NCBI RefSeq assembly: GCF_963921235.1
Contig: NC_086108.1
Location: 97,466,001 to 97,530,000 of the forward strand
Direction: 5' to 3'
Source: Mobula hypostoma
Taxonomy: Eukaryota
DNA length: 64,000 nucleotides
In this document: in pieces, positions 24,966 to 37,689 of the stretch
Position numbering within the stretch: position 1 is the first letter of the stretch
How the letters are laid out: the number at the start of each line of letters is the position of its first letter
Program-made: the position numbers and the translations under genes
The notes under the pieces: generated by a model
Databases searched by the model: none
The model's input: only the letters and a program-made list of their open reading frames with translations
What the model was told of the DNA's origin: nothing

Positions 24966-26371
24966 ATAAGAAAAATCTTGAATAGTCAACATCTAACACT
25001 GACTTTGTGATACCTGGTTCAAGGCAGCCTAACCGGGAGAACCATCATCTCTGCATCACTGTTATCAATAAATGCTTAAAAATAGACCATCTTTAGTTTG
25101 CTGAAAAAGGCTTTTGGAATTCTGGCTTTCATTAGTCAGGATAGCGTACAAGAATTGAAATATTATGTTGCAGTTACACAGGAAATTGGTGAGGTCATGT
25201 TTTGAATTTGTTGTAAACACGAGATTCTACAGATGCTGGAAATCCAGAGTAACACACATAAAATGTTGGAGGAGCTCAGCAGGTCAGGCAGCACGAGTGA
25301 AGAGTCAGTGTTTTGGTGTCAGGACTGGAAATGACGGGGGAGGAAGACAAAATAAGAAGGTGGGAGGTGGGGAAGGGGCGCAGGCTAGAAGGTGATAGGT
25401 GAAGCCAGGTGTGTGGGGGGGGGGGATGAAATGAGATGATAGGTGGAAGGTGATAGTTGGAGAAGGTAAAAGGCTGGAGATGAAGGAATCTGGTAGGGAA
25501 GTGGACCATGGGAGAAAGGCTAGGAGGGCACCAAGGAGGTGATAGGCGGGTGATAGAAAAGGTAAGAGGAAGGCAAGAGGGGGAAAATTGGAGAAGAAAG
25601 AAGGGAATGGGGAAAATTATCAGGTTGAAAAAATTTATTTTTATACCATCAGTTTGGAGGCTACCTATACAGAATATGAGGTGTTGCTCCTCCAACCTGA
25701 GGGTGGCTTCCTCTTAGTAGAGGAGGAGGCCGTGGACCAACATGTCGGAATGGGAATGGGGATTGGAATCAAAACGGTTGGCCATGGGGAAAACCTGCTT
25801 TTTGCAGGCGGAGTGAAGTTGCCTGACAAAGCAGTCTCCCGATCAATGTCGGGTCTAACCAATGTAGAGGAGGCTGCATCAGAAGCACTACAACAGATGA
25901 CCCCAGCGGTTTTGCAGGTGAAGTGTTGCCTCACCTGGATAGACTGTTTAGGGCTCTGAGTGGTGGTGAATGTACAGGTTTTGTACTTTGGCCGCTTGCA
26001 TGTATAAGTGCTAGGGGTGGCAATCAGAGGGGAGGGATGAATGGACAAAGGAATCAAGGAGGGAGCAATTCTTGCAGAAAGCAGAGAGTAGGAGGGAAGT
26101 AAAGATGTGTTTGGTGGTAGGATTCCGTTGAAGATGGCAGAAATTGTGGACAATGGTGTGTTCGATGCGGAGACTCATGGGGTGGTAGGTGAGGACTATC
26201 CCTGTTAAGGTGGTGGAAAGACGAGGTGAGCACGGATGTCTGGGCAATGGAGGAGATGTGGATGAGGGCAGCATTAATGGCGTAGAAAGGGGAACCCCGT
26301 GCTTAAATGAAGGAGGACATCGCTGATGTGATGGAAAGGAAAGTCTTATCCTGGGAACAGCCGTGGAGGCA

Positions 26372-26592
26372 TTCATCAGTTCAGTTCAGTGGTCTTCATC
26401 TGCAGGCTGTCCCAATTCAAAAACCCCTCAAAAACAGCAAAAAAACCAGAACACATCATAAAGTGAATTAGAGTCTAATCTACACAACGCGTTGATTAAA
26501 CCTTGGTCACACACCATCCTTCGGCAGCATCGAGGGAGAGAGAGAGAGAGATCATTTGACAACAGGGACCTTCCCTCGGGAGCAGCAAGGGG

Positions 26593-26648
<56 letters not shown>

Positions 26649-27090
26649 GAGAGAGAGCGAGAGAGACTGCCACATGCAGACACCCTCCTCCCGCAGCAGC
26701 GAGCGAGACCACAGGTAGACACCACTGAACACTCGCTTGCCCTCCGCATCTGCCTCAATGATTTCGGTCTTCCTTGGCACTTTAATCAACAGGATTGGTG
26801 AGAGACAGAGTCAATCATGGGCTCGTGCCCCGTCTCCCAGTTCCCTGGCCTTCATGCTGCACGCTCTATTCACAGCCTCGTGGAACGCTCGCGGAGACCA
26901 CAAAGCACCAGATGCCCCATCGACCCGAAATCATACTGCCAGAACATAGATACCAGGCTCCAGCAGTAGCAGAACCACATCTGGAATAAACAGAAGGCGT
27001 AAAAAAAGATGGGAAACAAGTGAAAGGACTTGCTTCATGAACCATCTTAAGGATGCCACCATTAGGAGCATTGTCCACTGGCGCCATCTT
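26372..27090 (-). mobile_element. Non-autonomous retroposon with an internal (GA)n tract; related copy at ~31200-31540
   Basis: 5' end aagatggcgcca on minus strand; (GA)n at ~26597-26667; shares blocks with 31200-31540. Confidence 0.55.
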
Positions 27091-27744
27091 CTTTCATAAA
27101 AGATGCATTGGTAGACAATTTGCCTCCAGAGCTGGGGAGAGAGGTGTTAGAAATGGATCGAGTGAATTTAATGGCAGGATGGAAGTTGGAGGCAGCAATG
27201 ATAAAATTGACATATTCAGGATGGGTACTTGAAGCAGCACCACTGCAGCTGTCAATGTAGTGCAGGAAGAGTTGGAGAACATTACCATGGAAGGCTTGGA
27301 ACATGGACTGTTGCACATGGCCAATGAAAAGGCAGGCTTAGCTGGGGCCCACGCAGGTGGCCATGGCTGCACCAAGAGTTTGGAGAAAGTGGTATGCGCT
27401 GAATGAGAAATTGTGGAGTGTGAGGACTATTTCTGCCAGACAGAGGTGGGTGGTGGTGGAGCAGAACTGATCAGGTTATCGAGAAAGAAGAGGAGAGCTT
27501 TAATACCTTCTTGATGGGGGATAGAAGTGTTTAGGGACTGGACATCCATGGTGAAAATGAGGCAATCAGGGCCAGGGAATTGAAAGTTATTCAGGAGATT
27601 GAGTGCAGGTGACATGTTGTAGATGCACGTAGTTGGGAAGAGAATGGAATCAAAGTATGCGGACACAAGTTCAGCAGGGCAGGAGCAGGCAGAAACAGTA
27701 GGCCTACCCGAACAGGTCGATGTGTGGACCTTCAGTCGGAGGTA

Positions 27745-28070
27745 GGGTGTCACAGTAGTGTAGCTGTTATCTCAACCCTATTGCAGCTTGGGGTATTGGA
27801 GTTCAGACTTCAATTCAGCACCATCTCTAAGGAGTCTTTGTACGTCCTCCCCATGGAATGTGTGGGTTTTCCCTGGTGCTCTGCTTTCCTCCCACAGTCC
27901 AAAGACATACTAAATAGGTTAATTGGTCAGTGTAAATTGTGCTGCAATTACGTTAGAGTGATGGGGGTTATCAGGAGTTGCTGGGGGGGGAAGGCGTGGT
28001 TCGAAGGGCAGGTAGGGCCTACTCCGTGCAGTATTGCTAAATAAATAAATAGATAGATAGATAAATAAAT
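27745..28070 (+). mobile_element. V-SINE nested in the Penelope element
   Basis: V-domain and (TAAA)n tail. Confidence 0.75.
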
Positions 28071-29249
28071 AGAAATGAGGTACTATGAGGTTTGTGGCAG
28101 TGGATGGGAGATCTCAAGAGTTGGTGAGGTTTGTGATGTTGCTGAAGACAATGTTCTAATGGTGCTGAGTGGAGTCCTTTTCAAGGGGTGGGTAAGAGTA
28201 GCATCTGAAGGTTGCCGCCTGCCCTCAGCAAGGCCGAGGTCAGTCTGCCAGACTATAACAGCACCTCCTTTGCCTGTGGGTTTGATGGTGAAGTTGGCAT
28301 TAGTGTGGAGGGAGTGGAAGGCGGTGTGATCAGAGGGGGTGAGGTTTGAAGAGCAAAGAGTAACGCTGAACCCGAGCTGGTTAATGTCTTGTCGGCATTC
28401 AGAGGTGAAAAGATCCAGAGCTGGCAGAAAGCCAGAGTGGGGACTCCAAGAAGAGGAGCAGGGTTGGAAACAGGAGAAGGGGTCATTGGTGTGGGGAATT
28501 CTTGCCAAAGAAGTGAGGTCGGAGATGGAAGTGACAGAAGAAGAGCTTGGTGTCATGGCGTGCACAGAACCCCCTGAGGTTCAGGCAAAAGGGGACAAAG
28601 ATAAGGCCCTTGCTGTAACACAGTTGTTGAGCATGTTCACAGTTTTGGTCAACCGGTTATAGAAAGGAAACCAAGAAGCTAATAAGAATGCAAGATGGTT
28701 TATAACAATACTGTCAGGACTCAAGGGACCAAGTTATGACTACTTACTGGGGTTCCATTTCCTGACGCTGCCATTAGTTTGCATGTTGTCCCCATGCACG
28801 TTTGTGTTTCCTCCCACGTTGAAAAGACTGTGCCTAGGGTTAGTGAGTGGTGGGCATGTTATATTAGTTCTGGAAGCATGATTACAGCACAATCCTCACT
28901 GATTTGGCTTCATGTGAACACCACATTTCACTGCAAGCTTCAGTGTTTCAATGTACATGTGGCAAGTGGGGAGTGGGTTGAAAGATCATCTTTTGCTCTC
29001 CGGTCCTGATGAAAGGTTTTGGCCCGAAACATCAACTGTGCTCTTTTCCATAGATACTTCCTGGCCTGCTCAGTTCCTCCAACATTTTGAGAGTATTGCT
29101 TGGGTTTCCAGCGTCTGCAGATTTTCTCTTTGTTATAAACTGAAGAGAAATTGGGAATGGTCTCCCGAAACAAGCCGGAGCACCCTCCAGCCAAGTGCTA
29201 TACTGCCATGTGTGTGTGGTTTTTTTGGCCATTTCCAGAATTGCATTTA

Positions 29250-29530
29250 TTTATTTATTTATTTATTGAGCTAAATCGCAGAATAGCCCTTCCAGCCCTT
29301 TTAGCAACGCTGCCCAGCAATTACTGAATTGAATCTGAGCCTAATCACAGGACAATTTACAATGACCAATTCACCTACCAACCGGTACGTCTTTGGACTG
29401 TGGGAGGAAACCAGAGCACCCGGAGGAAACCCTAGAGGTCACGGGGAGAACGTAAAAACTCCTTACAGGCAGTGGCGGGAATTAATCCCAGGTCATCTGT
29501 ACTGTAAGGTGTTGTGCTAACCACTACACT
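29250..29530 (-). mobile_element. V-SINE
   Basis: (TTTA)n followed by reversed V-domain and tRNA-like head. Confidence 0.75.
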
Positions 29531-29679
29531 ACATCTTACAATGAGAATAATTAATAATCCCCTAGAGATTATCATCAGATCTCTGAATTCTGAAAATTAT
29601 GAAGGGAAGTACGGGCTGCAATGGAGAGGGGAATTCCTGAGAGAACCTTCTTTCGTTGCTTTGTTTAACAGGAAGCTAG

Positions 29680-29975
29680 TAGTTAACACAGTGCTTCACA
29701 GCGCCGGCTGTAAGATTGGGGTTCGATCCCCACCACTGTCTGTAATGAGATTGTACATTCTCCCCATGGTCACATGGCTTTCCTCCAAGTGATTAGGTTT
29801 CCTCCCATATTCCAAAGGCGTATGGTTAGATTTAGTGAGTCGTTGGCATGCTACATTGACAACGGAAGCGTGGCAACACTTGTAGGCTGCTCAGCACAAT
29901 CCTCGCCGATTGATTTGACGCAAATGACACATTTCACTGTACGTTTCAATATGACAAATAAAGCTAAGCTTTAAT
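29680..29975 (+). mobile_element. V-SINE
   Basis: ggttcgatcccc B box and V-domain. Confidence 0.7.
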
Positions 29976-30790
29976 CTTTAACAGTGCTTGTATGTAGTCC
30001 AGATTTTAAAGTGAGTTTCAAAATAGCAAAATTTTGCCCTTGGTGTTATCCATGCCAAATTCCAGTGGGAATCATCTCAGTGAACATAAAGCTCAGTGTC
30101 ATAGGGGTTATAAATCCTGCTGGAACCTAGGATACCGAGGTGTGAAGAAACACAGTGGACCAAAGGAATCAATTAGGCATGATTACACATGTAAACCCAT
30201 GCCCTCAAGAGAAATTAAACCAGTTGTGGACCTGTTTCAGGGGCCTAATATGATAAGTGATGCTCCCTGTAAGTCACTTTCCATCATGGTCCCTGTGGCA
30301 GGAGGCATGTTGTGATCATCAACACTTTGCAAAGCACTAGAGCAAAACAAAATCTCACAGGCCGATCTAAACACTGAGAAATATTATACTGTGGGATTTA
30401 TATCATGGGTGTTCAAACTCTACATTCACAGAATGACACAGCAAATGGGATTTTGTTTATCAACATTTAAGAACTAATATGGATCAAAAGTTCAAAATTC
30501 AAATTAAATTTATTTTCAAGAAAAATATGTTACCATGTACTGTCTTGAGATTCATTTTCTTGCAAACAATTATCGAGAAAAAAAGATTCCAGGATTCGAG
30601 GTACATTTATTATGAAAGTGTGCAGTACACAATCCTGACATATGTCTTCCCCACAGACAACCACCAAACAAAAAAAATCTTGGAGCCAGTTTAAAGAAAA
30701 ATATCACCCCTCCCCCACATGCAAAATAAAACAAATCATGCAAACAGCAATGAAGAAAACTGAGTGAAAAACACAGAACATAAAACACAA

Positions 30791-31170
30791 GCAATACACA
30801 TCAAAGTTGCTGGTGAACGCAGCAGGCCAGGCAGCATCTCTAGGAAGAGGTACAGTCGACGTTTCAGGCCGAGATCCTTCGTCAGGACTAACTGAAGGAA
30901 AAGATAGTAAGAGATTTGAAAGTGGGAGGAGAAGGGGGAGATCCGAAATGATAGGAGAAGATAGGAGGGGGAGGGATGGAGCCAAGAGCTGGAAAGTTGA
31001 TTGGCAAAAGGGATACGAGGCTGGAGAAGGGAGAGGATCATGGGACGGGAGGCCTAGGGAGTAAGAAAGGGGGAGGGGAGCCCTATAGATGCTGCCTGGC
31101 CTGCTGCGTTCACCAGCATTTTTTATGTGTGTTGCTTGAATTTCCAGCGTCTGCAGATTTCCTCGTGTTT
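30791..31170 (-). mobile_element. Penelope-derived insertion with an inverted terminal segment and a perfect 13-bp TSD
   Basis: acataaaacacaa at 30778-30790 and 31171-31183; 30791-31083 is minus, 31084-31170 is inverted. Confidence 0.85.
30853..30890 (-). ncRNA. Minimal type I hammerhead ribozyme motif (Penelope-associated)
   Basis: Minus strand UAGUC CUGACGA AGG-aucucgg-CCU GAAAC GUC GACUG: catalytic core, stems I and II, palindromic ACGU stem III, GUC cleavage triplet. Confidence 0.7.
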
Positions 31171-32649
31171 ACATAAAACACAATATTGAAAGAGTCCAGA
31201 CATATTCAGTTCAGCTCAAAGTTTGTTATCTGCAAGCCGCCTGATTCAAAATCGCCCAAAAGAGCAGCAAAAGAAGGACAACAAGAGACCAGAAACTCAT
31301 CATGATCTGAGCTACAGATTTCAATCCACAAACCGCGTCGATTGAGCCTTGCCCAGACCAGAACTCTGGCACCATCCTCCAACAGCATCGAGAGAGGGAG
31401 AGAGGGGGAGAGGGGGAGGGAGAGAGAGGGAGAGAGGGAGAGACCATCACACACAAACACCTTCCTCGGGCAGCTGCGAGCGAGAGGCTGGGAGACAACA
31501 CTGAGCACCCGCTCGCCTTCCGCACTCGCCTCGAAACATAGAAATACAATAGAATTTACAAAAAACTACACATAAACAAAATCTGACAAACAGCCAAGGT
31601 GCAATGGAGGACAAGCTGTGCAAATAAAAACAATACAGAGAACATGAGTTGTAAAGAATCCTTGAAAGTGTGTCTGTGGGTCATAGAATCAGTTCAGTGT
31701 TGAGGTGATTGAAGTTATCCACGCTGGTTCAGGAGCCTGATGGTTGAATGGTAATAGCTATTCCTGAACCTGGTGGGGTGGGACCCAAGGCTTCTGTACC
31801 TCCTGCCATGCAATGGTTGTTGCATTGTAAATTATGGAAGGCCCTTCTTTAAAGCAGCTACAATGCAGAGTTAGTTTAGTAGACTCGGTTCAGTTAACCA
31901 AAGTGTCTACTGAATTTGCTGTGACTGAATGCAGGCAGTTAATTGCCTGTGAAGGAGATATGTTTAACAAAGTCAAAATGAATCAGCTCGCCTCTTCATG
32001 TTGTTCTAACAATAATCATTATTGTTAACAATTTGTGCAGGGACATGACTATTTAGTCCAAGCATTAATGACACAGCAGGGCCAATAATTCATCCACAAA
32101 AGGCTAATTAACCAGTCTGAAAACTTACTCAGCATCCATTCAAAGTGAGACCACAAATGCCAGCCCAAATGGGGTTCGGATCTGATGATTCAACAGCACG
32201 CCATTAAAGTGTTTCACTGATGTGCTGACATGACTTGATAAATCGTAATGTCAGAGTATGAACACAGTTAAAGAGGGCCACCAGAGTATTGGAGTGGAGT
32301 ACAAGCTTAAAATAAAAAGCAGTATGTGGAGCCCAGGAAAATCCAGGTGAATTCCAAAAGGGGGATTGTCATTTTTGGACAAGGTTTTCTACCAGCTTCT
32401 TGCTGAGAAAGGTTGGCAGTTGTCAAAAGGCTCTGGTCTCCTGCCGTAGTTGATTACTCACCGGGCTAAGCTTACTTTACAACTGCTCAAATATCGTCCC
32501 CAGATAAGGCATGGAATTTAACGGTGGGGTGCAGCCTTTCGCGATTCCATTGGAAAACTGAGCCATTGAGGTTTTTTGATTGAATTTATTTGCTATAATA
32601 TTTCTAATTCATTAAATTGATTTCAATTTTTTTTAAATTCTATTTTTCC

Positions 32650-33625
32650 AGAATCAGGTTTAATATCATTGCCATATGTCATAAAATTTGTTGTCTTTGC
32701 AGCAGCAGTACATTGCAAGACAGAATAGTAGAAAAAAAAACATGAATTAGGGTAAGTAATATATTAAATAGTTATATTAAGTAAGTAGTGAAAAAATAGA
32801 AATACAAAAGTAGTGAGTTAGTGTTCAATGTCCATTCAGAAGTCAGATGACGGAGGGGAAGAAACTGTTCCTGAATCGTTGAGTGTGTGCCTTCAGGCTT
32901 CTGTATCTCCTCCCTGATGGTAGCAATGAGATCAAGGGACGACCTGGGTAATGGGGGTTCTTAATGATGGACACTGCTTTTTTGAGGCTTCGGTCCCTGA
33001 AGATGCCCCGGATTCTACAGAAGCTAGTGCCCATGATGGAGATGACTAAGTTTTCAACTTATTGCAGCTTATTTCAATTCTGTGCAGTAGTCCACCCCCC
33101 CACCCCCCCCCGCCACCGTTAGTCTTACGAGACCATGGACTGTGCCCGGAAAGTCTTCACTCTCCAGGGCACAGGCCTGGGCAAGGTTGTATGGAAGACC
33201 AGCAGTTGCCCATGCTGCAAATCTCCCCTCTCCACGACACCAATGTTGTCCAGGGGAAGGGCATTAGGACCCATACAGCTTGGCGTCGCAGAGCAATGTG
33301 TGATTAAGTGCCTTGCTCAAAGACACAACACGTTGCCTCAGCTGGGGCTCGAACTCACGACCTTCAGATCGTTAGTCGAATGCCTTAACCATTTGGCCAC
33401 GTGCCCACTACCCCCCCATTCCAGACAGTGATGCAGCCGGTTAAAATTCTCTCTATTGGACATCTGTAGAAATTTGTGAGTGTCTTTGGTGACATACAAA
33501 ATCTCCTCAAACTCCTAATGAAGTATAGCTTCTGTCCTGCCTTCTTTGTAGCTGTGTCGATATGTTGGGTCCAGGTTAGATCCTCAGAGGTTTTGACGCC
33601 CAGGAACTTGAAGTTGCTCACTCAC
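32650..33625 (-). mobile_element. Rex1/Babar 3' fragment split by a tRNA-SINE (~33118-33410, -)
   Basis: FKFLGV..LTWTQH..LYFIRSL and LLPSGRRYRSL..FFPS on either side of a SINE with a reversed B box and a gtgtctttgagcaaggcacttaa core. Confidence 0.8.
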
Positions 33626-34139
33626 ATTAGTACTTCTAATTACAGTTTTTGAATGTGTCTGAGACATTCAGAGGCTTTTAAAGTCTTGACAGCTTTGGGA
33701 GCAAGCTTTGGGTTTATTGTTCAGCCAGCTGTTGAAGTTTATGCAGCTGGATATTGTCAGGTCTTGTTTTGCCAGATCCCGAATCAGGTTTATTACCGTT
33801 GACATTTGTCGTGAAATTTGTTGTTTTGCGGCAGCAGTACCGTGCCATACATAACGAAATATATATAAAAAGTGAGAGTGCAATGCAAAAAGAGAATAAA
33901 ATAGTGAGGTAAGAGAGCAATATAGTAAGGCACGTGCACATCGCAGTGTATTTTTTATCCAAGGTGTTTGCAGTTTAGTATCAGAAGTGTCTTTGAGGAC
34001 CTAGTCAACATCAATGAATTCTGACTGTTATGGCTGTTACGCTGCTGGTCTCTAGGGCAGCAACGAAAATCTTCCATCTCTGGCGGTGTTTGGGGCTTCC
34101 TCAATCGTGTCAGCAGCTTCCACTCAGTTTTCACTACTG

Positions 34140-34450
34140 TCAACCATGCAAGTCCCAGACGGAGGCTCAGGAATACCATCATACTCAGATGTAGAAGGAT
34201 TCTTCATTGCTGTTTCCATAACAGTTTTGTTTGAACAGTCTGGGTTGTTAACCCTGAGCTCACCCACCTCCCCACCTCCCTGCCCAAACTTGGAGGACCA
34301 GTGGACCACTGTTAGTCTGTCCTCTACCCTTTGACCTGTTTGGCATAGGTGACCATACCAAAAGCCAAAGGATAAAGCCCTGACTCCAGCTAATGTATCT
34401 CTCCAGGTCATTGAGGAATGCAAGCCTCCAAACCCCATGACAAGATTGTG
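34140..34450 (-). mobile_element. Short RTE-related retroposon
   Basis: Shares ~250 bp with 51550-51790 (tactcagatgtagaaggattc..ctctaccctttgacctg..gcaagcct). Confidence 0.6.
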
Positions 34451-34974
34451 GTCCTCTTGGAAGGATCATTGAATTCAGAAGAAGTTTATAGCTGTGTGTG
34501 AGCTTGAAGCTGGCAGCACATTCTAGCTCATTCTTATTATTATATGTTTGCTGCTGCTCCATTCGTTTGCCTGGTGAATAAAATGACTGCAACCTCTTTC
34601 CCTGCCACTCTCTAACATTCTTCAGCTCCTGAGCAACTTCCTGCCCTGACTTCGGCTCAACTCCCCACATCTCAGCCAGTCATAGACTGTGGGTTATATT
34701 TAAATGTGTTTGAGTACTACATGGTGGGTGTGTGGACATTTGTCCTAATGTGAATGCGGTGAACTGCAATCTGCTTGCCGTGTAGACGTGAGAGATTGCA
34801 GATGTTAATTAAGATTTAAGAATGTGGAGGCACTTCTGTGCCATCTTTGTGTTCACATGTACTAGTCCCAGGACAGATCCTCTGATATGATAATACCAAG
34901 GGATTTAAAGTTACTGACCACCTCCAATCCCCTAATGAGCACCATTCAACTACGTTTTCAGTTTCCCTCATACA

Positions 34975-35540
34975 GGTGCACAGTGGTTACATCATGGTCT
35001 AGTACAGAAATACCAATACCCAGGAAAGGAAAACCATACAAAATTAGCGGATGCAGTCCAGCCCATCACGGGAAAAGCCCTCACCACCATTAAGCACGTC
35101 TACAAGGAGTATTACCACAATTAAAGCCATGAACTCCTCTCACAGCTGCCATCAGGAATGAGGTACAGGAACCTTAAGTCCCACCCCATCAGGTTCAGGA
35201 ATAGTTACTACCCTTCAACCATCAGGTTCCTGAACCAGCGTGGATAGCTTCTGTCATCTCAACGATGAGCACGTTCCACAACTTGTGGACTCACTTTCAA
35301 GGACTCTAGAACACATGTTCTCAATATTATTCATTTGTTTGTTTCTTTGTTTATTTATTTGTTTGCACAATTTGTCTTCTTTTGCACACTGGTTGTTTGT
35401 CTTTGTCTGTGTGCAATTTTTCATTGATTCTATTGTACTTCTTTGATTTACTGTGAATGCCTACAGGAAAAGAATCTCAGTAGTATATGGTGAGATATAC
35501 ATACTTTGAAAACAAATATACTCTGAATTTACTTTGAACT
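34975..35540 (+). mobile_element. Degraded Rex1-type 3' end
   Basis: aggttcaggaatagttactacccttcaaccatcagg and an actttgaact tail. Confidence 0.65.
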
Positions 35541-35566
35541 GTGAATTTGGTTGACTCTTACCAATT

Positions 35567-36530
35567 TAGATAGATAGATAGATAGATATACTTTATTGAC
35601 CCCGAGGGAAATTGAGTTTCGTTACAGCCGCACCAACCAAGAATAGAGCATAAATATAGCAATACAAAAACCACAAACAATCAAACAACAAAATGCAAAC
35701 TATGCCAGATGGAAATAAGTCCAGGACCAGCCTATTGGCTCAGGGTGTCTGACCCTCCACGGGAGGAGCTGCAAAGTTCGATGGCCACAGGCAGGAATGA
35801 CCTCCGATGACGCCCAGTGTTGTATCTTGGTGGAATATGGCCAGAGTCCAACAGCAAAAAGTTCAATATCCGGTCTACAAACACGTTCCTCAATCGTAAT
35901 ATGACCAGGATTGCACCATCCGTTGTTAACCAGAACAGTAAGCCCCCAACTCTTTTACGCTCACCGCTCTCAGTGCACTTCCGGTCAGCCCAAACGGTCT
36001 GGAAGCCGTCCATGGAAAAGTTTTGATTGGGTATGTCCTCGTGCAGCCCCGTTCCAGTAAAACACATAACACTGCTCTCCCGAAATGTTCTCTGACGCCT
36101 GGCTAGCACCGTGAACTCGTCCATTTTATGACCCACCGAACTCCTCTTCTCCATAAGTCTCTGTTGTCTCGACCCGGTCCTCTTTCCTCGACTTTGTGAT
36201 CCCCCTCTGCATCCTCTGTGTGTTTTCCTCCAGATTTCAGCCGGGGTGTCCGCCGCTCTGCTCGCTAAACCGGCCGGCATTAGCGCAAGCAGCTGGTCCC
36301 TGGAATAAACAATGTGACCATGCTTCTGTCCCGCTAATGAGACGTGTCCTAATGTAACTATTTCCAGCGCTAAATACCCAAATAAAACTCTCTCCACCAG
36401 CATGTTAGAGAGGTTGCAGCTTCAACGTGTTACCGTGAAAAAGAAATACAACAAATAACGTAAGTTAAAAAGTAAGAATCCTAATCGGAACGGCTGTAAC
36501 AGGCTGCATGCACCACTGGCGCATGCGCAC
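35567..36530 (-). mobile_element. Internally deleted (bipartite) Rex1-type element retaining both ends
   Basis: ORF 35732-36403 joins the N-terminal/APE start (YSRDQLL, KMDEF, MCFTGT, WADR) to the same C-terminus as ORF 267-614 (..GGSDTLSQ); (ATCT)n tail. Confidence 0.8.
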
Positions 36531-36573
36531 TAATTTTTACAGATAACTATAGAAAGCAATGTATCTGGATACA

Positions 36574-36671
36574 AGCAACACACATCAAAGTTGCTGGTGA
36601 ACGCAGCAGGCCAGGCAGCATCTCTAGGAAGAGGTACAGTCGACGTTTCAAGCCGAGACCCTTGTTGTTTG
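36574..36671 (-). mobile_element. Short Penelope-derived insertion with a 14-bp TSD
   Basis: tgtatctggataca at 36560-36573 and 36672-36685; body near-identical to 30791-30878. Confidence 0.85.
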
Positions 36672-37177
36672 TGTATCTGGATACATCTTAGCTAGGTATG
36701 CTAGTGCTCTGTCCAAGACCATGTAAATATTGCAGAGAGGTGTGAGTGTAGCCTAGCCCTGCACACAAAGCAGCCACCCCTCCTCCATTGACTCCGCCAA
36801 CATTTGCCAGTCTGTCGAGCAGACCCACTCTGGCCGTTCTCTCTTCTCCCCTCTCCAGTCCAGCAAAAGATGCATGAGAGCACGTAACAACAGACTGAAG
36901 GACAGCTTCCACCCTGCTGAAATCAGACTCTTGGCTGGACCTCTCAAGTGTTAAAGGTGAGCTCTTCATCTTCCTATTTACCTTCTCATGGCCCCTGCAC
37001 TGTATTTATTTATCTGTACTGCACTTTCTCTGCAGCTGCTACACTCTATTCTGAATTCTGCTTTGATCTACTTGTGTATGGCGTGACTTTCCTGGATGAA
37101 TCAGTGAAATGCGTCATTTGTGTCAACAATCAACGCACCCAAGGAGGTGCTGAGGGTTGCCCACCAGCGTCGCCACA

Positions 37178-37586
37178 TGTAGGGTGCTCACATTGTTGCA
37201 CTGAGGAGAACCCAAGTGCAGGACGCCGGCACGTCGACTGAGTTGGGGATGCTGGCGTAGACGGGAACGTAGAACAGCAAACTGGAGGAATCTTCACAAG
37301 GAGACGGGATCTACAGGGACTAGCTTGAAACTAGAGCAGAACTTGGAACTAAACTTAGAACTAACAGTTCTAAGCGGACAAGAGAACGAGGTATCACACG
37401 AGAGTAAACCAACAAACTGGCGACCTGTGATAGAGAAGCCATTGTACTTATTTCACGGTCTCTGTTGAAAACCAGGTGTACTGTAATTAGGTAAACTAGC
37501 AGCAATTGGAAACCTAATGACTGAAATTAGGGCATAATCAGGGAGAAAGGAGCGTTAAAGGGAAACAACCAAACGGAACCATGACG
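37178..37586 (-). mobile_element. Probable solo LTR
   Basis: Distinct ~410-bp block starting TGTAGGG and ending ccatgac(g), interrupting SINE-tail sequence; no clean TSD. Confidence 0.4.
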
Positions 37587-37689
37587 CAATATTCAGCAGA
37601 AGAACACAAGCTCCAACGATAGAACAAATCAACAACAACAAAACAACCCACCTACTCTTTTTCTTACATAGTGCACCTACAACTTACCA

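Larger units (their letters stand above)
25215..28650 (-). mobile_element. Degraded Penelope-like element (RT + GIY-YIG end), interrupted twice
   Basis: Minus strand IKPTGKGGAVIVW, GRPTVSACSCP, FTMDVQSLNTSIPHQEG, FLHYID, QVRQHFTC..VICC, EEQHLIFCIG. Confidence 0.85.
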
